DNA of 64,000 nucleotides from an uncultured Chloroflexia bacterium (GTDB taxonomy: Bacteria; Chloroflexota; Chloroflexia; Thermomicrobiales; UBA6265): positions 34,277 through 98,276 of the forward strand of contig CAVTUU010000001.1 of NCBI GenBank assembly GCA_963737985.1, in the 5' to 3' direction. Position numbers and translations under genes: made by a program. Shown piece by piece: positions 25,894 through 35,767 of the stretch; position 1 is the stretch's first letter; each line of letters starts with the position of its first letter. The notes below the pieces were generated by a model, which made no database searches, was not told the DNA's origin, and saw only the letters and a list, made by a program, of their open reading frames with translations.

Positions 25894-27551
25894 CGTTTGC
25901 CTCGAGATGAGAGCCAGTCGCTGATCCGGCTTAGAGACCAGCAGTTGAGGATGTTTTCAGGCGTTGCGCTCGCTCGCCGCGCCACCGCGACGCCATATTC
26001 GATGTTGGCGAAGCTATCGGGATGATGAGCATCACAATTGATGGTTAAAAGGCAACCTGCTGCCAAAGCCTGACGAGCGAGTTCAGCGTTGAGATCGAGT
26101 CGAGCTGGATCCGAATTGATCTCAAGCGCAGTGCCGGTTTTAGCGGCCAACGGGAAGATGACGTCCCAATCGAAATCTCCGCCTTCTCGCTGTTCGAGCA
26201 GGCGTCCGCTTGGATGAGCGATGATATCCACGTTTGGGTTCTTTAAAACCCTGCTCAGGCGTTCAGTGAGTTGCTCGCGGGGCTGGCGCAATCCTGAGTG
26301 TGTCGAAGCGATCACCAGGTCGAGATTAGACAGCACGTCGTCGTCGAAATCGAGCTCACCTTTGCGGTTCACTTCGACTTCGCAACTCGCAAATAGTCTA
26401 ATTCCGCTTGTCACTTGTGCTTCTTTTATTTCATTCCTCTGTAGCGCGATACGTTCGGGATCGAGCCCGTTCGCGACACCGAGACTCTTGGAATGATCTG
26501 AGATTCCCAGAAATTGGTATCCGCGGTTCTTGGCCGCGGAGGCCATATCGACGATCGAGTATGAGCCGTCGCTCCAAGTTGAGTGCGAGTGAAATTCGCC
26601 ATTGATGTGGGCGACGGAAACGAGGGAATCGAGTTTCCCGTACTTCGCCAATTCGAATTCATCAATTCCTTGACGAAGCTCCGGCGGAATCCAGGGCAAT
26701 CCGTTGGCCTGGTAGATAGATTCCTCGGTTGCTGCGTCAGGCAGGTGCCGAAGGAGAGAAACATGCTCGGCGTTTCCGGTTGCCCGGACTAAATCGGTTC
26801 CGAACGTCTCTTTGCTTGACAAAATGATGTGCACACCGATGCCGTAAACCGCGCGACCACGGATTGTCATCTCATCGATCTGCTCGATTTCTGAGAGTTG
26901 CGAGACTGACTCAACTGCTTGCATCGCGCTTTGGGTGTCGTCCGGAACGAAGACGATGTCAATGTCGCCGACTGTCTCGTTCATTCTGCGGACGCTGCCT
27001 GCGATGCTCGCGCGAGCCTCTTCTGCCGACGCACTCAGATCCCGCTCAATCGCCAGCGAAATCGGTCGAGCAGTGCCTAGGAGATATCTGCCCGTTCGGC
27101 GCTTCAGTTGCTCAATTCCGGCTTGGATTCGATCGGCGGTTTTAGGGCCAAGGCCCTTTTGAGCAGCGACATTTCCAGAAGCAAGGCCATTTTCCAGTTC
27201 AGTGAGATTGGTAATTCCAAGGTCAGTGTAGAGCTTAGCAACAGTCTTTACGCCAACCCCAGGTATTTCGACTATGTCGAGCAAAGTGACCGGAGTGATC
27301 TGCTTAAGTTCTTCGAAGGGAGCGTACCGACCTGTTGTAAGGATCTCGTTGATCGCGGCAGCAATTCCTGCACCAACACCGGAAATGTCAGTCAATTCAC
27401 CCGATTGGGCAAAAACCTTTAGTGGCTGGCCGAGATGACGGATCGCGTCAGCTGCTCGACCATAAGCGCGAACTCTGAATGCGCTTTCGCCAGAAAGCTC
27501 GAGGAGTTTGCCGTACTGTTCGAGCGTCTGGGCGATCTGCTCGTTTGTCAT
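25890..27551 (-). CDS. polX: DNA polymerase X / PHP exonuclease (atypical polymerase domain)
   Basis: FRVRAY, HhH GVGAGI, AGSVRRMNETVGDID, IPPELR, PHP motifs HSHSTWSDG, ISDHS, IAHP, INCDAH. Confidence 0.93.
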   Translation of the reverse strand: MTNEQIAQTLEQYGKLLELSGESAFRVRAYGRAADAIRHLGQPLKVFAQSGELTDISGVGAGIAAAINEILTTGRYAPFEELKQITPVTLLDIVEIPGVGVKTVAKLYTDLGITNLTELENGLASGNVAAQKGLGPKTADRIQAGIEQLKRRTGRYLLGTARPISLAIERDLSASAEEARASIAGSVRRMNETVGDIDIVFVPDDTQSAMQAVESVSQLSEIEQIDEMTIRGRAVYGIGVHIILSSKETFGTDLVRATGNAEHVSLLRHLPDAATEESIYQANGLPWIPPELRQGIDEFELAKYGKLDSLVSVAHINGEFHSHSTWSDGSYSIVDMASAAKNRGYQFLGISDHSKSLGVANGLDPERIALQRNEIKEAQVTSGIRLFASCEVEVNRKGELDFDDDVLSNLDLVIASTHSGLRQPREQLTERLSRVLKNPNVDIIAHPSGRLLEQREGGDFDWDVIFPLAAKTGTALEINSDPARLDLNAELARQALAAGCLLTINCDAHHPDSFANIEYGVAVARRASATPENILNCWSLSRISDWLSSRGKR

Positions 27552-28834
27552 AACGCGAGTACTGGAACTCGTGATAACCGTTGAGCGTCGTCGTCAGGAA
27601 GTCGATCGGTCGCCTTAAAAAGGCATCGAAGAACGCTCGGAGCGTGGTCTGCGAGAACAAGAGCAGCGTCTCCTGGGCGAATGATCTCGAGCGTCCGGTT
27701 TACCGCTCTTCGCTCAGTTGTCGTGTGCACGATGACCGGCGGAATGTCGTTCAGGGCGATTCCCTGGCGGATAAGACTCGCTCGATCTGGTTGATCTCGC
27801 TCAGAGTGCAACACAACGACAGAGCTCGTTCGTCCAAGGAGCCTGCCAACCTCGACCAGTTCCGATTCGCTGATCTCCTCCATCTTGCCGGCGACGGTAA
27901 GTAATCTATTTCGAGGTAAATCGCGCACAGCTCGAAGCGCTGGCCTCAGGAACCAAGATGGGTCCGGTCGCTCGACGATGGCGGTTGCTCCTTCAAGTTC
28001 GATGACATTGAAGGCTCCGGGCAAGAGCAATGGATCAGGTTCATAGTCGACGAGCGCTTGTCCGATTTTATGTGCGGGCAATCCACATGCGCGGGCAACC
28101 GCGGCCGCGACCATCATGTTGAGCGTTTGAAAACCTGCTTCTCCTCGTAAGGTGTATGGCAGGTCGGCGGGGAAGCAAATCGACTCGGCATTGACCGCGG
28201 TTCCGATCCTGATCCCGCCGCCATTTGACCAGATTGCTTGTCCGCCCGATCGAAGGTGAGACTTTAGAAGCGGTGTGTCTTTGCTTTGGCCCGCGAGAAT
28301 CGCGGGCGCCCGGAACTCGATTTCTTCGCCTGAAACCGCATAGTCTTCGCCATTCAGAATTAAAGCGCCGGCGTCGTGGACCGCGGCCAATAGAGTCGGC
28401 AGCGCGGACATTGCCCGTTTGGCTTCGTCCTGGATCAGACAGGCATCGTTGTTGGCACAGACGTTGGTAACCGCGACGACTGGATACGCCTGCTTCGGGA
28501 GCTTGACCGCATTGACCGTCGCCCAATCCAGCTCTTGGATCGCGACATCCAGACTGCCCTCGGCAAGTTTGCCCAAGGCGCGAGTCCATGGCGCCAATTC
28601 TCCACGTTGTCGACGACCTTGGATTTCTACACCGGCGTTCGTCCACGTCGCTGTTCGCAGTCCAGATGCGCGAAAGATTGCATCCAATGCTCGAACAACA
28701 GTTGACTTGCCGCGGGAACCCGCAACCGCAATGACTGGAACTGAGCAGTGCTTGCGAACCAAGTCACGCCAGATTTCGAAAGACGATGGAACCAGCACTT
28801 CATCGTGATTGGTCCGAACTGCGGCCTCGATCAC
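27548..28834 (-). CDS. Mur-ligase-fold protein resembling the C-terminal half of cyanophycin synthetase
   Basis: P-loop VIAVAGSRGKST, VVAVTNV, ALILNGED, LPYTLRGEAGFQTLN, LPGAFN. Confidence 0.75.
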   Translation of the reverse strand: MIEAAVRTNHDEVLVPSSFEIWRDLVRKHCSVPVIAVAGSRGKSTVVRALDAIFRASGLRTATWTNAGVEIQGRRQRGELAPWTRALGKLAEGSLDVAIQELDWATVNAVKLPKQAYPVVAVTNVCANNDACLIQDEAKRAMSALPTLLAAVHDAGALILNGEDYAVSGEEIEFRAPAILAGQSKDTPLLKSHLRSGGQAIWSNGGGIRIGTAVNAESICFPADLPYTLRGEAGFQTLNMMVAAAVARACGLPAHKIGQALVDYEPDPLLLPGAFNVIELEGATAIVERPDPSWFLRPALRAVRDLPRNRLLTVAGKMEEISESELVEVGRLLGRTSSVVVLHSERDQPDRASLIRQGIALNDIPPVIVHTTTERRAVNRTLEIIRPGDAALVLADHAPSVLRCLFKATDRLPDDDAQRLSRVPVLAL

Positions 28835-28849
28835 TTCACATATCGCTCT

Positions 28850-29467
28850 TTACGATGGCGCTGGCTGAGCCAGCGCCCCTAATAACGATGGCAAGATGCC
28901 TCGAAAGGCCATCGCCCGATGGCTAATCTGGTTTTTTTCTTCTGGCGGGACTTCCGCCATTGTTCTGCCATCCGGCAGGACAAACATCGAGTCATATCCG
29001 AAACCAAATGACCCACGCTCTTCGAACCCAATGGCGCCTTCGACGCAACCCTCTGCGGTAGCCATGACCCGACCATGGAGGGCCAGCGCCACAGAGCATC
29101 GAAAACGCGCCCGTCGTTCTTCTTCTGGGATACCCCGAAGGTCAGCGAACAGCTTTTCTCGATTGCGGGCGGCGTCCGCCGGCTCTCCGGAATAGCGAGC
29201 CGAGTAGATTCCTGGCAACCCACAAAGCGCGTCGACTTCAAGGCCGGAGTCATCGGCCAATGCGAGCATGCCGGACTTGGAGGACGCGACTTCGGCCTTG
29301 ACCCGTGCGATCTCCTCAAATGATTCGCCGTCTTCTGGGGGGAGCTCAATCGGCAATGTAAGAAGCGAAATCACCTCGAACTTCAAAGGAAGCAACCTTC
29401 GAAATTCGTCGACTTTTCCTGGATTTGATGTTGCCAGCAAGACGCCAGAGTTCACGCGATCGTCCAT
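28850..29467 (-). CDS. rdgB: Non-canonical purine NTP pyrophosphatase (HAM1 family)
   Basis: ATSNPGK, ADDSGLEVDAL, PGIYSARY, GFGYD, KNQISHR. Confidence 0.97.
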   Translation of the reverse strand: MDDRVNSGVLLATSNPGKVDEFRRLLPLKFEVISLLTLPIELPPEDGESFEEIARVKAEVASSKSGMLALADDSGLEVDALCGLPGIYSARYSGEPADAARNREKLFADLRGIPEEERRARFRCSVALALHGRVMATAEGCVEGAIGFEERGSFGFGYDSMFVLPDGRTMAEVPPEEKNQISHRAMAFRGILPSLLGALAQPAPS

Positions 29468-29473
29468 TCCTAT

Positions 29474-30289
29474 TCACACTAGTTTACGCCGAACCACCAA
29501 CTCTTGATCTAGGCGGAAGATCTCATTTGAGTTGTGACTTGTTGTGTCTGCGACATGTTCGACCGGTACTTCTAGCAAATCGGCCAGGTAATTTGCGATC
29601 ACTGGAATGTTCGCTGGCTCATTTCTCCGGGCTCTCACGCCGGCGGGAATGAGGTACGGGGAATCGGTTTCAAGCACAATGTTTTCAAGTGGAATCCCTT
29701 TGATCAGATCGCGAATTGGTCCCGAGCTTGCGCGAGTCATCAACCCCCCAATTCCGAAGAGGTAGTCGCGCTCCAATCCCAATTTGAGCAGCTCGACATC
29801 ACCTTCGAAACTGTGAAGAATGCAGCGGAGCCCTTTGGGAGCGGCTTCGAGAACCCGATGAACCTCGTCGGTCGCAGCACGTTGATGAATGACCACGGGC
29901 AACTTGAGCTTGATTGCAAGCGCAAGTTGGGCCTCGAAAGCCGACAACTGAAGATCCAGCGTCGGTCCGCTGCGAAAGAGATCAATTCCAATCTCGCCAA
30001 TCGCCACCGCCCCACTCGCGCCAATCGCTGTCTCCAGTTCGTCGACCATGTTTGAATTGAATTGTCCAGCCGACTGCGGGTGCAACCCGAGCGTGATGGC
30101 AACACCATCAAACTGGCGGGCGAGTTGAATCGATGTATCCCACTTCGCCGGCTCATAACCGATGTTGACGATCCGAGTCACGCCTGCGACACGCGCACGA
30201 GATATGACGTCAGCGACGTCGCCGGCGAATTGCTCGTCATCCAAGTGCGCATGTGAATCGACAAACTTTAAGTTGGCGCGGGTTGTCAT
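29474..30289 (-). CDS. tatD: TatD-family nuclease
   Basis: DSHAHL, GLHP, AIGEIGID, VVIHQR, ILHSF, LETDSPYL, RNEPAN. Confidence 0.95.
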   Translation of the reverse strand: MTTRANLKFVDSHAHLDDEQFAGDVADVISRARVAGVTRIVNIGYEPAKWDTSIQLARQFDGVAITLGLHPQSAGQFNSNMVDELETAIGASGAVAIGEIGIDLFRSGPTLDLQLSAFEAQLALAIKLKLPVVIHQRAATDEVHRVLEAAPKGLRCILHSFEGDVELLKLGLERDYLFGIGGLMTRASSGPIRDLIKGIPLENIVLETDSPYLIPAGVRARRNEPANIPVIANYLADLLEVPVEHVADTTSHNSNEIFRLDQELVVRRKLV

Positions 30290-32055
30290 TTCACGGTCAC
30301 GCTCTTCGCAAGATTTCGCGGCTTGTCAGGATCATTGCCTCGAAGCAACGCCGTGTAATAGCCAAGCATCTGCGCGGGGAGCGCCTGGACAAGCGGGGAG
30401 GCATCGCCTACGTCCGGAGTTTCTAGGTGGACATCGAATACCGGATCGTTGTCCGGACCTATGCCAATGATGTATCCACCACGACTTTTTAGTTCCATTG
30501 CGCCGGAGAGAATATCGGCTCTCGTCTCATCCCGCGGCGCGTAGACGACGCAGGGCGTGTTCGGCGCGACGAGCGCGATGACGCCGTGTTTCAGTTCCCC
30601 GCCGGCAAAGCCCTCGGCATGTATATAGCTAACCTCTTTAATTTTGAGCGCGGCTTCAAGAGCTGTTGGATATGAAAGCCCACGACCGATGACAAACAAG
30701 TGCTCTGCCTGATAAATGTCGCGAGCAATTTCTTGGATGCGACTGGCCCTTCCATCGGCTAGCATGTCTCGCAATCCAGCTGCGGCCTTTAGGACGAGTT
30801 CTCTTCCACATCCGTAATTGCCCTGAATCGCGTATGCGGATAACAAGAGAACCGCAACTTTCGCGGTATATGCTTTTGTCGAGAGGACGCACTGCTCAGG
30901 TCCGGCGTTGAGATGAACTCGTAGATCGACCATCCGATCAAGGGTCGAATTGGCCACATTCACTAAGGCGCCAAGCCGAGCATCTCGGCGCTTGGCGGCC
31001 AACATCCCTTCAATGATGTCGGCGGTTTCCCCGCTTTGTGACAAAGCAACGACCAGACTTCGCGGCGTAATGAAGTGTTCGTGGTATTTGAACTCCGAGC
31101 CCACGACGAAGTTCACGTGCCGGGATGCGATCCTCGAGAACAAGTAGGACCCGGTCAGAGCTGCATACGAAGCGGTTCCGCAGCCGACAAAGAAGGTTCC
31201 ATACGAATCGGCGATCGCGTCTGAAAGAGCGACGATCGAGTCTTTAGACTCAGTCGCAAGCCGCTCGAGTACCTCAGGTTGCTCGGTCATTTCTTTCGCC
31301 ATGAAATGCGCATGACCACTGAGATCAAGACTTCCCACGTCCGACTGCAGAGGCACAAATTGACCTGAAATTTCGTCGAGCGTTTGGAAATCGAAGAGCG
31401 CCACGCCGTCGTGGCCGAGGCGGACGATCTGACCGTCTTCCATATACAGAACTTCGCTTGCTTGGCCGGCCAAAGCGATCGCGTCAGAAGCGATCAGAGC
31501 TCCGTTTTGCCCGGCGCCAACCACGAGAGGAGAAACATTTTTCGCGGCTACTATCTCTCGCGTGCGGCAATCCAACGCGATGACGGCGTTCAACCCCTCC
31601 AATCGCGAGAAAGCTCGTCGAAACGCTGTGAGGAGGTTCCCTGGTTGATTCGCCAACTCATCCTCGATGAGATGAGCGACAACCTCACTGTCAGTTTCCG
31701 AGTGAAATTCATGACCGCGGGTGATCAACTCGTCGCGCAGCGTTCGAAAATTCTCGATGATGCCGTTGTGAATAACGGCAAGTTTGCCGGTACAGTCAAG
31801 ATGAGGGTGAGCGTTAGCGCCAGTGACTCCTCCGTGCGTCGCCCACCTTGTGTGTCCAAATCCCAAATCGGATGAAGGGAAATCGACTGTCGCGTCGCCA
31901 ATTTTTCCTGGCTGTTTGGCAATTTCGATGTGATTATTGACCGCGATTCCGACTCCCCATGAGTCGTACCCTCGATACTCCAGCGATTTCAATGCGTCAA
32001 TGACGATTGGACCAAGGTCCTTGGGTTCACCGACGTAGCCGTAAATACCGCACAT
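30286..32055 (-). CDS. glmS: Glutamine-fructose-6-phosphate transaminase (isomerizing)
   Basis: MCGIYG (catalytic Cys, so start at 32055), LEYRGYDS, GHTRWATHG, SQSGETAD, C-terminal PRNLAKSVT. Confidence 0.98.
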   Translation of the reverse strand: MCGIYGYVGEPKDLGPIVIDALKSLEYRGYDSWGVGIAVNNHIEIAKQPGKIGDATVDFPSSDLGFGHTRWATHGGVTGANAHPHLDCTGKLAVIHNGIIENFRTLRDELITRGHEFHSETDSEVVAHLIEDELANQPGNLLTAFRRAFSRLEGLNAVIALDCRTREIVAAKNVSPLVVGAGQNGALIASDAIALAGQASEVLYMEDGQIVRLGHDGVALFDFQTLDEISGQFVPLQSDVGSLDLSGHAHFMAKEMTEQPEVLERLATESKDSIVALSDAIADSYGTFFVGCGTASYAALTGSYLFSRIASRHVNFVVGSEFKYHEHFITPRSLVVALSQSGETADIIEGMLAAKRRDARLGALVNVANSTLDRMVDLRVHLNAGPEQCVLSTKAYTAKVAVLLLSAYAIQGNYGCGRELVLKAAAGLRDMLADGRASRIQEIARDIYQAEHLFVIGRGLSYPTALEAALKIKEVSYIHAEGFAGGELKHGVIALVAPNTPCVVYAPRDETRADILSGAMELKSRGGYIIGIGPDNDPVFDVHLETPDVGDASPLVQALPAQMLGYYTALLRGNDPDKPRNLAKSVTVK

Positions 32056-32217
32056 GTCGTTCAATCCTTTGGAGAAACCCTCGTAACCTATTTCTCACCG
32101 AGATACAGTCGCGACAAGGCCAGAACTAGGAAAACCTGCCTGTGAGCCGGTCAACTAGCGGGAATCTGAATTGCGTCATCTTTGTGCGGTGCGGAGTGGA
32201 GAGGATACCTGATGAGA

Positions 32218-32365
32218 GCACGCTGATCGATCATTGTGGGCGAGTCACCTCGCTCGTTTGCCTCGATCATGACGACAGTGCTTGCCGGGAGGTCACCCGC
32301 CGAATGGTTCGATAGACCTCCGCCTCGTCAACTCGCGTCCTCCGTGCGAGTCCCGGCGCTCAAAT
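32218..32365 (-). ncRNA. glmS ribozyme (GlcN6P-activated self-cleaving riboswitch)
   Basis: Minus strand AGCGCCGGGACTCGC...GCGAGTTGACGAGGCGGAGGTCTATCGAACCATTCGGCGGGTGACCTCCCGG matches the glmS core; it lies in the glmS 5' UTR; predicted cleavage between 32360 and 32359. Confidence 0.93.
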
Positions 32366-32410
32366 GGTTCCAAAATACCGACTCTCAACTCGTTTGCCGC
32401 AACTGTCTTG

Positions 32411-32439
32411 ATTCTACGCCTGTTGCCCGACGGTCACAA
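32411..32439 (-). promoter_or_regulatory. Promoter of the glmS operon
   Basis: TTGTGA-N17-TAGAAT about 50 nt upstream of the ribozyme cleavage site. Confidence 0.6.
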
Positions 32440-32508
32440 TGGGTTCGACTATACTTTTGTACGTATTAGAAACCGGGTTCGTTTCGTATTTATCAAAGGA
32501 TTGGGACA

Positions 32509-33831
32509 TTGATCGGTCGCTACACCAGACCCGAGATGGGTGCGGCTTGGAGCGACGAACGGAAGATCGATACATGGCTTGCAGTCGAAAAAGCAGTCTG
32601 TGAAGCCTGGTATCAACGCGGTCAGATCCCAGACTGGGCGATCGAGTCGATTCGCACTGCCACCTGCTCTCTCGGAAGGATGCAGGAAATCGAGCGCGAA
32701 ACGGATCACGATGTTATCGCATTCCTCAGAGCAACCGGAGAAACTGCCGGGGATGCCGCCCGATTCATCCATCTCGGTTTGACGAGCTCAGATGTCGTCG
32801 ATACCGCGCTCGCAATCACCGCAACTCAAGCCGGGCAATTGCTCCACGCCGAACTCGAACGATTGATTGCGATCGTCGGCGACCAAGCGATCAAGCACCG
32901 TGACACGCTTATGATCGGCCGGACTCACGGAATTCACGCTGAGCCGACAACATTTGGCCTGAAACTGGCCGTCTGGTATGACGAGTTGCGCCGTCATCGG
33001 CGACGACTCGAGCTAGCGCAAGAAGACATGGCGGTTGGCAAGCTCTCGGGCGCCGTTGGAACCCATGCCCATGTACCGATTGATCTTGAACAAGAAGTTT
33101 GCAACGCGCTCGGACTCTCTGCAGCGCCCGCATCGACCCAGATCCTGCAACGCGATCGCCACGCTTTTTTTCTGTCAGTGTTAGCTGGTGTTGGCTCGAC
33201 GCTCGAGAAAATATCCGTCGAAATTCGCCACTTGCAACGGACAGAAATTCGAGAAGCCGAGGAGCCGTTCAAACCCGGAAATCAAGGATCCTCGGCGATG
33301 CCCCATAAGCGAAACCCACATGAATCGGAGCGGATATCCGGACTTGCGCGCTTATTACGCGGCTATGCATTAACCGCGAGCGAAAACGTCGCGCTTTGGC
33401 ATGAACGGGATATTAGCCACAGTTCGACTGAGCGAATTATCTTCCCGGACTCATGTATCGTGCTTGACTACATGCTTGATCTCGTTTCCGATTTAGTCGA
33501 GCATTTAGTTGTCTATCCAGAGAGGATGCGCACAAATCTCGACTTGACGGGCGGATTGATCTACTCCCAGGCGGTTCTTCTAGCGCTTGTCGAAGCCGGA
33601 ATGGACCGGCAGCGGGCTTACAAGCTAGTGCAACGCCACGCTATGTCTGCGTGGGACGGGGATCAATCGTTCGCCGAGCTGCTGATGAGTGATCCTGAAG
33701 TCGTGGAGCGACTCTCGGCGGATAAGCTCGTCGAGCTTTTCAATCCGTATGAGCAGTTACGAGAAGTAGATAAAATCTTTGCGCGTTTGGGTCTGCTTCA
33801 AGCAGAGCCTGCGATGGCAGATGGGACATGA
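32509..33831 (+). CDS. purB: Adenylosuccinate lyase
   Basis: HDVIAF, IHLGLTSSD, GRTHGIHAEPTT, GSSAMPHKRNP, LWHERDISHSS. Confidence 0.98.
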   Translation: MIGRYTRPEMGAAWSDERKIDTWLAVEKAVCEAWYQRGQIPDWAIESIRTATCSLGRMQEIERETDHDVIAFLRATGETAGDAARFIHLGLTSSDVVDTALAITATQAGQLLHAELERLIAIVGDQAIKHRDTLMIGRTHGIHAEPTTFGLKLAVWYDELRRHRRRLELAQEDMAVGKLSGAVGTHAHVPIDLEQEVCNALGLSAAPASTQILQRDRHAFFLSVLAGVGSTLEKISVEIRHLQRTEIREAEEPFKPGNQGSSAMPHKRNPHESERISGLARLLRGYALTASENVALWHERDISHSSTERIIFPDSCIVLDYMLDLVSDLVEHLVVYPERMRTNLDLTGGLIYSQAVLLALVEAGMDRQRAYKLVQRHAMSAWDGDQSFAELLMSDPEVVERLSADKLVELFNPYEQLREVDKIFARLGLLQAEPAMADGT

Positions 33832-34732
33832 CGATTTGATACCTGCGGTACGTGAAACGACGCTCGCAGATCTCCCTCTCTACCGACGAGGCAAGGTGCG
33901 AGACACCTACGATCTTGGCGATTCACTCTTGATGGTCGCGTCTGATCGAATCTCAGCGTATGACGTTGTACTTCCCTCGACGATTCCCCTCAAAGGCGCG
34001 ATCCTGACGCAACTTTCCCGATTTTGGTTTCAACGGACAACCACGATTTTTCCCAACCATCTCATCTCGGCGGATATCCGCGAGTTTCCGGAATCGCTTC
34101 ACCGTTATACGGACCAGCTCCGCGGTCGAGGAATGATTGTGCGGAAGGCCGAACGCATCGATGTCGAATGCGTCGTTCGCGGTCACATTGCCGGTTCCGC
34201 CTGGGCTGAGTATTCAAAGTCAGGAACGATCTGTGGGGAACTTATGCCCGAGGGCCTTCGCCAAGCAGACCGATTGCCTGAACCGATATTCACCCCTGCC
34301 ATCAAAAATGACACCGGTCATGACGAAAACATCTCGATTCTTATGTTGTCGAGAGTCGTCGGAGAGGATTTGGCGCAAAGTCTCGAAGAGGCGAGTAAGG
34401 CGTTGTATCAAACTGCGGCCGATGTCGCGCGCAGAAAAGGAATCATTATCGCCGACACCAAATTTGAGTTTGGATTTGTCGACGGACAGTTAACGCTGAT
34501 TGACGAAATGGTCACTCCGGACAGTTCTCGTTTCTGGAACTCCTCGACGTACGAACCTGGCAAGGACCAGCCGAGTTTCGACAAACAATATGTTCGGGAT
34601 TGGCTCACCGAAGTGGGGTGGGATCGGCAACCTCCAGGACCCGCTTTGCCTCCAGAAGTCATCGCTGGAACTGGAAGGCGTTATCACGAGGCATTCAAGC
34701 GTCTGACCGGCTCGACCTTACGATTGGATTAA
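33821..34732 (+). CDS. purC: SAICAR synthetase
   Basis: GKVRDTY, ASDRISAYD, ECVVRG, IADTKFEFG, TPDSSRFW, FDKQYVRDWL. Confidence 0.97.
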   Translation: MGHDDLIPAVRETTLADLPLYRRGKVRDTYDLGDSLLMVASDRISAYDVVLPSTIPLKGAILTQLSRFWFQRTTTIFPNHLISADIREFPESLHRYTDQLRGRGMIVRKAERIDVECVVRGHIAGSAWAEYSKSGTICGELMPEGLRQADRLPEPIFTPAIKNDTGHDENISILMLSRVVGEDLAQSLEEASKALYQTAADVARRKGIIIADTKFEFGFVDGQLTLIDEMVTPDSSRFWNSSTYEPGKDQPSFDKQYVRDWLTEVGWDRQPPGPALPPEVIAGTGRRYHEAFKRLTGSTLRLD

Positions 34733-34749
34733 TTGCGAGATGACAACGA

Positions 34750-35025
34750 ATGACTGACTCCATGTCGTGGCGAGCGGAGGTGATCGTTCTCCCAAAGGAA
34801 GGGGTTAATGATCCTGAAGGTGAAGCCATCCTGGGCGGGCTGAAATCGCTTGGCTATGGTGACGTCGAACGCGTTACCGCCGGGCGCCTCCTACGACTAA
34901 CGGTTCGGGCAAGCGACAAATCGTCGGCGTTGCAAACGGTTTCCAAAATGTGCGACCAACTTCTCGCGAATCCAGTGATCGAGGCCTATAAAGTTGAAAT
35001 CGAACCTGCGAACGGACAGGAGTGA
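34750..35025 (+). CDS. purS: FGAM synthase subunit PurS
   Basis: VNDPEGEAI, MCDQLLANPVIEAY. Confidence 0.95.
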   Translation: MTDSMSWRAEVIVLPKEGVNDPEGEAILGGLKSLGYGDVERVTAGRLLRLTVRASDKSSALQTVSKMCDQLLANPVIEAYKVEIEPANGQE

Positions 35026-35732
35026 GCGTGGGTTCCAAGGTTGGCGTAATTTCATTTCCTGGAAGCAATGGTGATCAGGACGCGCTGCACGCTGTTAGCG
35101 TGAGCATGGGCGTGCCGTCTCGGATGATCGACTACCGGGAATCGGATCTGTCCGAGTTCGGCGCGATCATACTGCCAGGCGGCTTTTCCTATGGAGATCA
35201 CCTACGTTGCGGGGCTATTGCTCGATTCGCGCCGATTATGACCCCATTGAAGGCATTTGCCGAAGCAGGCGGTCCGGTATTGGGAATTTGCAATGGCTTC
35301 CAAATTCTTGCCGAGGCGCACCTGTTGCCTGGAGCGTTATTGCGAAACCGGTCGCTTTCGTTTCAATGCACATGGCTGATGCTTCGAATCGAAAATGTTT
35401 CCACGACTTGGACCTCGAGTCTCAAAGAAGACGACGTACTTCGACTACCAATTGCGAACGGCGAGGGTTGCTTTTTCGCTCAGGATTCCGATCTCAAACG
35501 CCTGGAGGCAAGCGGACAGATCGTGGCTCGTTACTGCGATGAGCATGGTGAAGTCACTCCATCCGCGAATCCGAACGGATCATCAGGTAACATCGCGGGC
35601 GTTTCAAATCGTGCCGGCAACGTTGTCGGACTGATGCCTCACCCAGAACGAGCGGCTGACAAACTGATCGGCGGCGCCGACGGATTGAAGATGTTGAACT
35701 CTGTGCTCAGCCACCTTGCAGTTCCCGCCTAG
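35022..35732 (+). CDS. purQ: FGAM synthase glutaminase subunit PurQ
   Basis: [35 protein letters not shown]. Confidence 0.97.
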   Translation: MSVGSKVGVISFPGSNGDQDALHAVSVSMGVPSRMIDYRESDLSEFGAIILPGGFSYGDHLRCGAIARFAPIMTPLKAFAEAGGPVLGICNGFQILAEAHLLPGALLRNRSLSFQCTWLMLRIENVSTTWTSSLKEDDVLRLPIANGEGCFFAQDSDLKRLEASGQIVARYCDEHGEVTPSANPNGSSGNIAGVSNRAGNVVGLMPHPERAADKLIGGADGLKMLNSVLSHLAVPA

Positions 35733-35767
35733 ACTGCGTTTCTGACTGCGAAGGAAGGAGTTTTCGG

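Noticed and set aside
32449-32481. LexA-like sites ATAC-TTTT-GTAC and GAAA-CCGG-GTTC between glmS and purB
   Set aside because: Mismatches in core positions, and the flanking genes are not typical SOS members.
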